A stretch of DNA of 64,000 nucleotides from Lama glama (lineage: Eukaryota), in contig CM052829.1 in NCBI GenBank assembly GCA_028534125.1, positions 186,001-250,000 of the forward strand, in the 5' to 3' direction. The notes under the pieces are model-generated. The model was given only the letters and a program-made list of their open reading frames with translations, ran no database searches and had not been told where the DNA came from. The position numbers were made by a program, and so were the translations under genes. Below are positions 25,091-36,000 of this stretch, piece after piece; within the stretch, counting starts at the first letter, position 1; each line of letters opens with the position of its first letter.

Positions 25091-28000
25091 GTCAACCAGT
25101 GTAGAAGATGAAAAGAACTGAATTTGCCTCTGTATCAGGTTTCTCTACCAGGTTTACAAGATTCGCCACCTCTTTATAAGACATGCCCCGTCCTCGCCAC
25201 GGGCTGGGTGGTCCTACTGTTTCCACACGCTCATCTTTCCCAGAAGCATTGTCCTGGCTCCTCTGCTGGACCTGGGCTGCACCCGCCTGGCAGGGATCTG
25301 TCCTCACCACAGGTGATGGCTGTCCTGTGACGTCCCCACAGTGGTCACAATTCCGCTGCTGCCTTTCTCACCCCCGGAACTCACGCTGAGACCCAGGGAA
25401 GGGAGGCTGGAAGCCGTCACAATTATGTGGTTTCCTTGCACAAGAAATTGGATTGTAGCAAACATGGGTGAGATTATACTGTGGTTCTCCAGGAATCTGG
25501 AAGTGTGTTACAAAGGGCACACTGGGCAAAGAATGTACATCTTCGAGTTGGGCAGAGTGACATTTCTTAGGGTCATACAGAGAACCTGGATTCCTGGTTC
25601 TTAATTGCATCCAAAGACCGCCAGCCATGTAGCTTTGACCTCTCCCGTCCGCAATGCCTTCGTATCCGTCCATGAGAACAGGAGGTCGGACGGTGTCAGG
25701 CCATCGCGGTGGACGGTGGGGCTGCTGAGAAGAGGCTGGCGGCCCGGGGGTCCTAGGGTTGGGCTGATTCGTCTCTGTCCCTCCATCTGGGCCTGTGGAC
25801 CTGACGTCCAGGGAGCCAGGCCGAGGCGCTCTGTGCAGGGTGGGTCTGAAATGCACCAGCACTCAGCCCTGGGGCGGGGGTGGGGACGGGAGCCCGAGCT
25901 CCAGCATCCGGGGTCTGAACCCAGGCTGGCTCCGGCTCCACCTGCTCAGGGTTCAGGTGGTGATTTGGGTGTCGCTGGACAGGCTGTTTCCTCCTAACTG
26001 TAATCGGGTTTCAACATTGACCTCGGTGCAGAGAGAATCTGGATTTGTTAAATGTGCCTCGTAACCAAAGACTCACAGGAAAACAGGGTGGGGGAGACCA
26101 GGGTCACCCTCATCGACCCCAGGCTGGTCTGGCCTTGGGTACTCACTGTCCAATCTGATTGCAGTCTTTGAAAATGGTCCGAGGGAGAGGCCTCTGGACA
26201 CTGGGGAGCTGTTTCCCTGATTTGACTGTTGACAATCCTTTCCTCCTCACTTCTTTCCTTTTGTCTGAAACATCTTCTGCTGAGATTGAACTTGCTCCTG
26301 GACGAGCAGGTGGACCTGGGCCCGTAGATTCAGGCATCCAGAAAGTCGGTTTAGGGTCAAGTGGTAATTTTGGTAGTTACTCTGATGCACACGCTAAACC
26401 GATCAATGCAGCTGATTAATGATTAAGATGCCAATGTCACCATGGCGACAAAGGCTGGAGAAAGGCCACCTTAAAAATGTGATTGTTTGTTCAACTGCTT
26501 TTATCTCCTGGAGGGCTGGGCTGCAGCTCTGGGCAGAGCGGACCCCCACGTGGCTCTGCTTGCCAGTGTGTCCATGTTCCTGGTCTGAAATGGGGATGGA
26601 AATACCTCCTCAGACAGAGTGTGAGAATTACAGGAGAGGCAGGCGCTCCTGGCCTCCCCACAGTAAACCCGCCCCCAGTGGGATCCAGTTTCAGGAAGAC
26701 TTGCTCCCTGTGGCCTCAGGGTCAGATCTGAAGCCGCTGGCTGTGCAACACGGGCGCCTGTGTGCACAGGCTGCCGGGGGCACCCATGTGGGAGGCAGTG
26801 GGAACAGTTCGGCTGTGTTGGGGCTGGCCTCCCACCCGGTCCGAGGCCTCCTGAGCGTCCTCTCCTGGTGACACAAGGTAGACTTCCGTCCTGGAGATGT
26901 GTAAGCCGTTCCTTCGGAAGGGGCCCTCCTCACTCATCCCCAGAGCCCCTGACACCTGTCGAGGGTGCTGAGCTTGGGGCTCATACAGAGCCCCCAGGAG
27001 GTTCACCTGGTGACAAGTACCCCGTGTGCTTGCAGAGGGCACCCTGGTATGGTGGCCCTGACATGTGTGATGGATGGAAGTCTGTGCGTGACACCCGGTG
27101 CCTCCCAGACAGCCCAGCAGGGACGCCTCGGCATCTCTCTGGGGAGGAGCAGCAAGCAGTCCGGTGTCTCCCAGTCCCTTGGGCCCACTGGCCACTCCTG
27201 GCTTCCGGAAGCACGGCTCCCTTGGGAGTCTCCTGGCCCTCCCACGCTCTCCTTTCGCTGCAAGGACCAGGGCCACAGGCTTTCTCGGGTTCTTGTGGAT
27301 GTGGCCAGAATGGAGGGGGTGTGTGTCCCGTGGCTGGCTCCTGGGTGCAGGGAGCATGCCCCAGCTGGCGTGGACGGCAGCAGCCCCCACCCGTCATGAA
27401 GCCGCCTTCTTCTCCTGGAAGCTGGCCCTGCTCATTGGCCTGGAGACGGCACCTCTCAGACTCGCAGTATTCCTCCAGTTCTATCCCAGGCAGATGTTTG
27501 TCTGTCTAGGCTTCAGCGTACTGCTTCCAGATGAGAGAGTCCGCTCTAGGGTAGCAAACTCCGCAGCCCAGGTGCAGGAAGCCAAGGGAGAGACACAAAG
27601 ACAGCGTCCGGACCTCGGATCCCATGGCCCCTCAACAAGCAGGGAGAGGTACCCGGCTCCCGCTTCATTTCAATTCTGTTGGAAACAAAGAGCCATCATT
27701 GAGGACTGAGGACTGTCAGTCCCACCCCCGGGGCTCTGCCTCCTGGGGGGCACCTGCTGGAGGCGGTGGTGCTCTGGCATCTTCCACGAGCTCCCAGCCT
27801 CCCTTCTTTCCCATTTTACCCTGGACATCCAAACCTAAATGTCTGCATGGCTCTCTGCTTGGAAAGAGTGTCAGAGCACAGGCCGCGGTGTTGTGGGGAA
27901 AGTGTGAGGCTCTTAATTTAAAAAAAAAATCTTACGCAGAAAAGAAAACCCCAGGGTCTCAAGGAAACCACAGGATTTCCTCCCGACCCAGTGAAGTGTC

Positions 28001-28250
28001 TCCGTTTGATCTTGGGAAGTGAATGCTCTCCTCCCTCTGTGCCTCAGTCTCTCCACTTCAACACTGGCTTTATGAAATAATCTTCCTTCACACTCTTGGG
28101 ACATCCTGGATAAAACTGTCATTTTCTCACCCAGTGCAAAGTCTGGCTGAGGGCTAGACGCAGACTTACACACCTGACGCTGGAGGTTACCCTGGCCCTG
28201 CCCGGTGTCCGGGTCCTTCTGTGGTTCAGGACACGCAGTATTCTGCCCTC

Positions 28251-28269
28251 TGCGCGCCACCTGTTGGCC
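28251..28269 (-). promoter_or_regulatory. CTCF-like site (reverse strand GGCCAACAGGTGGCGC)
   Basis: Close match to the CTCF core CCASYAGRKGGCRS; occupancy unknown. Confidence 0.45.
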
Positions 28270-29581
28270 CCCAAGTTCCCAGCGGCTGGTCTCCGCGCCT
28301 TTGGAATGATGACTCTCTGAACTGTTTCCTTAAAAGTAAAGTGTGCTTAAGTAAATAGAAATTAGTTTTCTTTCGATAAATCTTAAAAGCCCTTAAGGAA
28401 AACGGGAATGCTTCATGGCACGGCAAACCAGGCCTTGGCATGAGTGGCTTTCGGTTGGGGAGTCCTCCATCGGGCCGCGTCCAGCGTTTCTGCTTAAGTA
28501 GGGGCGTGCTCCTGCCTCCGGGGCCACGGCAGATGCATTCTGGGTTCCGTGTGCTTCTGGGTGGCAGTGGCAGCCCCATCAGAGCAGATCTCGGGGGGCA
28601 AAGATGAACAGAATCTGCTTAATAAAACCCAGTGTGGGCAACTCTCAAAGTAAGAGAGAAACACACCGATTCCAAAACAGAGCCCCTCCCCCACAGACAG
28701 ACGTCTCAGTGTCGCAGTGCGTCTCCTCAGGTGTCCAAGCCCAGCCATCCTCGGGAGCGTGGACTCCTGCAGTGATGTCTTCCGGAGACCGCGCAGTGAG
28801 ACCCTGCCCCAGGCTCCCCGCCTGGCTGCTGAGGACCCCGCTCTTCAGTCACCCCCAGTGTTAATGCAGGATTCTGTCTCTCAGGAGAGAAATAAAGCTT
28901 GATCTAGAGGCCAGATGTGGGTCTGGGTCTGGGTTGGGTCTGTACCTCCCCAGGCCCGAGCAAGAAAGGGGTGTCTGTGTTCTGGGATGGGGACCATCGA
29001 CCTCCCACCGGGTCCCGCCGAGGGTGTCTAAGGACAGTGGAAGGTGGGAGACCGAGACACAGGCCCGCGCAGGGTTCGTTCTGATCTCCAATTTGCATCA
29101 CAAGGAACTATATCCACCATGTCACCTCCAGGCCTGAGCCCCCTCACTCGGGTGGACAGCTGGGGGAGTGCACGCACCAGAGGGGCTGTGCGCCTGGCCC
29201 TCTCGCTGCAACGTGGTCATGTGTGCTGGCCTGACTTTGGGGACTGCTGGTGGCCAGGGCGGGCAGAGTGGTGGAGTCAGAACCTCTCCCCACCTTTGCC
29301 TCATCCCCGTCCCCTTCCTCTCTGTGGGTTGGAGAGGGGAGGAGACATCTGTGCAATTTAAAGGTGAGAAGGAGGGACAAGGTGGGAGGGGGAGGCCTGG
29401 GGGCAGGTGGCTCCACAATAGGAGGACCTGAGTCCAGGGGTCAGGAGGGGTGTGCTGTACCCCTAAATCACACAAGAGGAGAGAGCCTGTTTGTGTGAGT
29501 GTGTGTCTCTCTGGGGTTGTCTTGAGGGGAGGGCTCTTGGGAGCTGAGAAACCTGGAATGCCAATAAAGCTGAAACCCCTG

Positions 29582-30432
29582 GGCTCCAGGTGGGATCCCA
29601 GGCTCCAGGTGAGACCCCCAGGCTCCAGGTGAGACCCCCAGGCTTCAGGTGAGACCTCAGGCTCCAGGTGAGACCCCCAGGCTCCAGGTGAGAACCCCTG
29701 GCTCCAGGTGAGACCCCCAGGCTCCAGGTGAGACCTCAGGCTCCAGGTGAGACCCCCAGGTTCCAGGTGAGACCCCCTGGCTCCAGGTGAGACCTCAGGC
29801 TCCAGGTGAGACCTCAGGCTCCAGGTGAGACCCCCTGGCTCCAGGTGGGATCCCAGGCTCCAGGTGAGACCTCAGGCTCCAGGTGAGACCCCCAGGCTCC
29901 AGGTGAGACCTCAGGCTCCAGGTGAGACCCCCAGGCTCCAGGTGAGAACCCCTGGCTCCAGGTGAGACCTCAGGCTCCAGGTGAGACCCCCTGGCTCCAG
30001 GTGGGATCCCAGGCTCCAGGTGAGACCCCCAGGCTCCAGGGGAGACCTCAGGCTCCAGGTGAGACCCCCCAGGCTCCAGGTGACACCCCTCAGGCTCCAG
30101 GTGAGACCTCAGGCTCCAGGTGAGACCCCTTGGGCTCCAGGTGGGATCCCAGGCTCCAGGTGAGACCTCAGGCTCCAGGTGAGACCCCCAGGCTCCAGGT
30201 GAGACCTCAGGCTCCAGGTGAGAACCCCTGGCTCCAGGTGAGACCCCCAGGCTCCAGGTGAGACCTCAGGCTCCAGGTGAGACCTCAGGCTCCAGGTGAG
30301 ACCCCCAGGCTCCAGGCTCCAGGTGAGAACCCCTGGCTCCAGGTGAGACCCCCAGGCTCCAGGTGAGACCTAAGGCTCCAGGTGAGACCCCCAGGCTCCA
30401 GGTGAGACCCCCTGGCTCCAGGTGAGACTCCT
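29582..30432. repeat. Minisatellite/VNTR, 43 units of 19-21 bp, consensus GGCTCCAGGTGAGACC(C/T)C(C)(A/T)
   Basis: Units parsed by hand; five recurring variants (..GAGACCCCCA, ..GAGACCTCA, ..GAGAACCCCT, ..GAGACCCCCT, ..GGGATCCCA). Confidence 0.98.
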
Positions 30433-33400
30433 TGGCAGGGCCTCAGGGCCAGGGCAGGGTGAGGCCTGCTCCCTGAGGGGAAGAAAGGTGGGGAGCGGGC
30501 CGGACGCCAGACCTCCCCTCTCAGCCCTTCATCATATTGGCTGCTGCCTGTGTGATCTCAGCTCCACTGGACTTGTGCTTCCTCCTCCCTGGGGCTGCTG
30601 TGCGCCCGAGTACGCAGCCAGTGTTCACAGAAACAAGACTTCCTGCCACCTTCAACCTGGGTTAAGGTAACGGAGCCTTACAGACAGGCCAGCAGCTGGG
30701 CTCACTGCGTCTCTGCATCCTGTCCCTCAGGGCTGTGGCAGCCCCAGCACCGCCCCCTGGAAGGCCGCCCGGACGAGGCCCGTGCCTGCTCCTGTGTCCC
30801 GGCCGCACCTGGGCTGCTGTGGGCCTGGGGAGCTGCGGTTTGCTGACAGGGCTGATTGCAACCTCAGCATCGAGCTCCCCCAGCTGCTGTTACAAGTGTC
30901 TGAGCCACGTCTCCGCCCGAGGGCCTCCCATCCAGGGCAGGGGTGTCCACTGCTTCCCACTCAGGCCACAGGAGACCCAATTGCCTGTGCAGAGTTTCCT
31001 ACTGCACAGCGGCTGTTCCTGTCTGTGGGGATCAAGCCCTGCCCTCATTACTGCACAAATCGAAACTCCTGTACGCCTGCGGAGGGCCACGCAGGAGCCA
31101 CACCAGGGAGGCCCGCAGAGGCCGGATGCGTGTCAGTCCCTGAACGTGCCTACTTCGGGTTTTCTCGCCGTAAATGCAGGTGTGGACTGGTGGCCCTGTC
31201 TGGTCACTCTTTCACTCTGTCTGTAGATGTAGTGAGGCTCCCAGGCCCCAGGGGAGACTCCAGGAACCCAGTGATGAACCTGCACCTCTGAGACTGTTAC
31301 CCCCTGATAATTCTGCCTAAAACTGCAGAGTGACTTCCAGTTTAAAGAGGACCGTCATGCTATCACTCCCAGCAACCTGTGAGTGGGGCAGAGCACACGG
31401 TTCTCACAGAAGGAGAAACAGACTTGGGGACAGTGTGCAGCCACCCCTCGGGGTTTAGGGCCATGGGAGCAAGTCCCAGGTCTCGACAGCTGGGGAGGTC
31501 ACTGCGGGGATGCCTCCTGGACCTACGGCGGAAGTGTCCGTGTCTCTGAAGGCTCAGCCCGCCGTGCCATTCTTTTGCCCTGGGTGGGCGGCCCGGAGCT
31601 CAGGTTGGGAAGGGCTGAATGTTGCAGCCCATCTCGCAGAGGAGCAGGGGGCCTGGGGGACCCCAGGCAGCCAGCCTCTTGTCCCCCCCACCTCCTCCTC
31701 ACTGATGGAGGCGCATCTGTACCTGGTGTGTGAGGAGAGCCTGTGGAGCGGACGGCACTGATGTGCACAGATCACGGCCCGGGGAAGGCAGGGTGTGGGG
31801 GCAGGATGCAGTCTCCCTGTCTCGTGCTCCAGGGCTCGGGCAAGGACTCAGGGGCTCCCGCTGCCAACCGGAGACAGCCACCTCACCAAGCGCGGGAGGC
31901 TGTTCCTCTTCTGCCTTTTGTGTCAGACACACGGTTTCACTGAGAATGGAAAGCACGGGGTTGAGGGGGGTGGTTCTGAGGACCCACAGGCTGCAAGGGC
32001 TTCCTTCCCAGGGACCGAAACGCTCCTCATCTCAGCTTCCCCGTGGCCGTGGCGTGCTAACCGGGTGGACGCGCTGTAACGGTCGGTCACAGGCGCTGGT
32101 TTGTGAGGTCAGCAACCACACGCGTAGAGCTGGTTTCCCGCTCTCTCCCCTAGGGAGGGGACACAGCACCGCACAAGCAAACCCTCCGGCTAGCCTGCTG
32201 GGCGCCTGGGGCCAGGCTGGGGGCTCCACGGAGAGAGGCCGCTCCGGGAAAGGGGCCCACGCAGGGCGGCTCGCCGAGGCCGAAGGGCTGGGCTGCTTCG
32301 TTGAGCTGTAGGTTCCCGGCCCTCGAGGGGCATTTCTGCAGCCTGTTCTACATCCAAGAAGCTCCAGAACCGTCCAAGGCACGACGTCTGAGGACTCTGA
32401 GTGTCGTCTGCCCTGGTGGGATCTCTCCAGTCTCCGTGGATGTATCTCTTCATCCACGTTTGTGGTAACGGAGGTTGGAGGAGCAAGCTCGGGCCCGACG
32501 AGGCTGCCGACCCCACTGCGGCGCTGCTGGCCCTGAGGCTCCTGTCACCTGAAGGAAAGGAACCGCTGGTTCACATGCTGCAGGCACCCAGGAGGCGGTC
32601 CACAGACGTCCCCTCTTGCTACCAACGACCTACTGCTTACAGGTTTAGAATATCCAGAACCACCAAGCTGACGCTCAGTGGTGTAGGACTTAGAAACGTT
32701 AAAATTTTTTTTCTTTTTTTTCAAATGGTGAAACTCAGACAATGAACTCGTGTGAGAATGTCCAACCAGAATGACTTCCCCTGGCCTGGAGGCTTAGTTT
32801 CAAGGAAATCCAGTCCTGCCCAGGATTTATGTCCCAGATCTGGCTGTGCTCTGACCTAAAACAAAGCCCTGGACAGAGCGAGGGGGCTCCTGGGTTGGAA
32901 CAGCCTCCCTCCTGCTGGTTGGAGCGCCCAGCCCGCAGGAGGGAACCGGGTGGAGAGCGGTGGAGGGGCCGGCAGGCGGAGTCCCGGGAAGGGGCTGCTG
33001 TGGGCAGTGGGGATGCCACCCCCTTCTTCCCCTCTGCTGGCTCTGCTGTCCACCCACAATTCAGAACCACGTCACAGTGAGAAAGGAGTAACTTCGGGGA
33101 AGAAGGACGATCTGCGCAAACGTACAGCACGTTCTAGAGGGAAGCTCCCCGCAGAAGCCTTGACGCGCTCGCGTCTGCCAGACAGACGGGGAAGGTGACA
33201 GCCTGGGACACTCAGCAGAAGGCGTTCAGCCCAGACACACGAACAAGAGGCCACACATGCATTTCACGTCAGGGCTTAAGAGCTGCGACAGGAATCAGGG
33301 AAACTGAGCACCTCGGTAACGTTTTCGGGTGGAGCAGTGAGTGAGAAGCGAGCTGCCCGTTGCACAGCGCCTCTGTGTCTCTGGGAGCTCGCGCGGTTCC

Positions 33401-35049
33401 CACTGCCCACTGGTCGCTGTCACCGTCACCTCACAGACGTCCTGGCTCCCTAGGAGTGGGCCGTCCCTCCCACCAGACGGCCCTCCCTCTCAATCTGCTT
33501 CTCCTGCCGGGCTTAATTGAATGTCCTGACGCGTAGGAAGAGGGTTAATGGCATAACACAGTCACACAATATCTTGGATTACAGACAGCCAGCAAGGCGA
33601 GGCCGGCAGCCCGGCAGCGAGGCGGGCACCGTGGGAACAGGGCGGCGGACAATGGTGGGATTGACAGTGAGCGTGGAAAGGCCACCTTTGGGAGAAACCG
33701 TACCCCACAGCGTGCGGGGAAAGTGAGAAAGAGGAGCAGATGCTGCAGGACCACAAGCAACAGATGCCTTCTGCCCGGGCGCAGCCAGCCAGCCAGCCAA
33801 CAGCAGCCTGGGCAGGGGAGGCCCCTCCCCGCCCCCGCCTTTGTCGGAGGGAGGCAGCAAACACAAATATTGCAGAGGAATTGAAAACAGCAGATGGTGG
33901 CGGCAGGATTTGATGAGATCAGGGTCAGCTCGGGGCGCACGTTTGAGGGCGGCGCTAATCACCGCGCCTCTGGGAGTGGGAAGCTCAGGCCTGGCTCGGC
34001 CTTCAGCCACCTTGGGCTGGATTTCACTGCCCCCGCCCTGCCTCACCCCTCTTTCCACAGGCTGACCCCTAGATCGGCCTCTAGGTGTCCCATCGGATGT
34101 AGCAGACTTTAAAGAGAACATATGTCAAATATTTTGTTAATTCAATTTGTGTTTAAATAATTGATGTCAGCTGATTCCGAATGTGGACTTTTAAAGGCCT
34201 CACATGTCTGGTTTGATACATTACCTGTCATCCTACTGTGTGAAGTCAGTTGTTTCCATTGTAAGACGAACGTTCGCTCCTTTTTCATCACGAGCTTGGA
34301 CGTGTCCTGCCCCTTATAATAGGGCTTGGCCACGTCGTGGGGAGTCTTGTGCAGCTGGACCCCTTCCCAGCCCTCTGAGGATGGGTGCCACTCTCCCCAC
34401 GTGAAGAGGAGGCCCGGTAGGAGAGCCACAGACGCCTGGAGGGACACGCGGCTTCCCTGGGACGGTGTGCGAGGCCAGCGCCAGCCTGGGCGTGACGTGA
34501 GTTCACGCCTTGTGGAAGTAAGACCCAGGTCTGAAAAGCTCTCAGCAGAGAGTGGGAAGACCCTGCAAGGCTGAGCCCATGTTCCCGGTCCCCACGGCCC
34601 TCGGGACCTTGCGACCCCCATCGCAGGCGGGACCTTGTGTCCCCGGGTCCCCACAGCTGGCAGGACCCTCACAGGGCCGTTTCACTGCTTTCTCGCCAGG
34701 GCCTGCGTGTCTGGGAGCTGGGCCACGTCCTCCGGTCCCACGAGCGCCCGGCCTTCTCCCTCGGTGGTGGAGCTGAGGTCTTTGCTCGTAAATAAAGTTT
34801 CTCTCCTTGAGGAAGGAAACCTGGATGTGATTTTTATACTTCAAAATAAAATGTACTGTTGGTTCCAATTCAGAAGTAACAGCCACTCGTTTAGAAGCAG
34901 AGACAAGGAGGAGAAGCTTGCTGCTCGGCCGTCCACAGGCCCACCTGTCACCCTCGCTGCGTCCGCCCCACTTCCCCGTGTGTGAGTTTATGTTTGCGGG
35001 TCACACGCCACTTTCAGAGAGTTGCGAGCTACGACTCTGCCTCTTGACT

Positions 35050-36000
35050 CTTCTGCTCTGTGCTGTGATGTTAGCACTTCTCTGCCCTCAGCACCGTCTG
35101 GTCTGCGTCATATTCCATTGACGTGATAGACTTTTTTAATGTTTCCTTTTCAAAAATATTTATTTGAAAATTTGAAATGTAAAGTTCTTTACTCTTATGG
35201 GTAATGCCTGTGTGAACTTGTTTTGCAAACAAGCTTTTCCAGAGCTGTTTGTCTCCTTGGCTGGTTTTCCAGGAGCAGGAAAGTGGGAGCAGATGCAGGA
35301 ACGTGGGGAAGCTAGTGCCCCATTACTCCTGTGCTTGAAGACAGCGCATGTCCTGCGGATAAACTGGGGAGGGAGGTGGCTGTCGACGGACGGAGGAGGA
35401 GAAGCAGCAGGTTACGTACGTTTTTATCAAAAGTGAGCTTGTTCACTTTGGTAACCAGTTTTTTTCTTTATTTGTGGCAAAAACCCCCACATAACGTAAG
35501 ATCCATTCTCCCAATAATTTCCCCGTTACGGTTCCGTATTGTCACCACACTGCAACGTGGCAAGACTGTCGCCTTGCTGCAGGCACTTCTGCCTGAAGCA
35601 GGGTTTTACGACGTCTACAGAGCACCTTTTATACAGGTGTTCTAAAACCAATTTAACTAAGGCCCTGTTTTTGGTGATCAATGTCTAGCCTATTATTATT
35701 ACTACTAAACAAATCTATAACTAATGTGCTGGTATAAAAGTTGTTGAGTAAATTTGTAATTATTTCTTTAACATAAATTTCAGGAAGCAAAATTAGTGGT
35801 AAAGACAGAAGAAACCTTTTCCAGGTTCTGATTACATTTCTTCATCGTCCTCCAAAAATTGGAACACGTGTTTCCCAGCTGTATATGACAATGTGTACAC
35901 CCTGTATCCTTGCTGACAAGAAACGTGGATACTTTAAAACTTTATGCAAATTTGGTAATTTTAACTTATATTTTTATCGCTTATGAAGGTGGACTGTGAA
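35050..36000 (-). mobile_element. Highly decayed ancient LINE-1 (L1ME-like) fragments
   Basis: AT-rich blocks with antisense L1 hallmarks (catattccattg, ttatttctttaacataaatttcaggaagcaaaattagtgg, ctccaaaaattgg..ttcccagctgtatatga). Confidence 0.5.

Noticed and set aside
29582-30432. Possible CRISPR-like array or repeat-encoded protein
   Set aside because: Head-to-tail units with no unique spacers, mammalian context; mixed 19-21 bp units and frequent TGA codons break reading frames.
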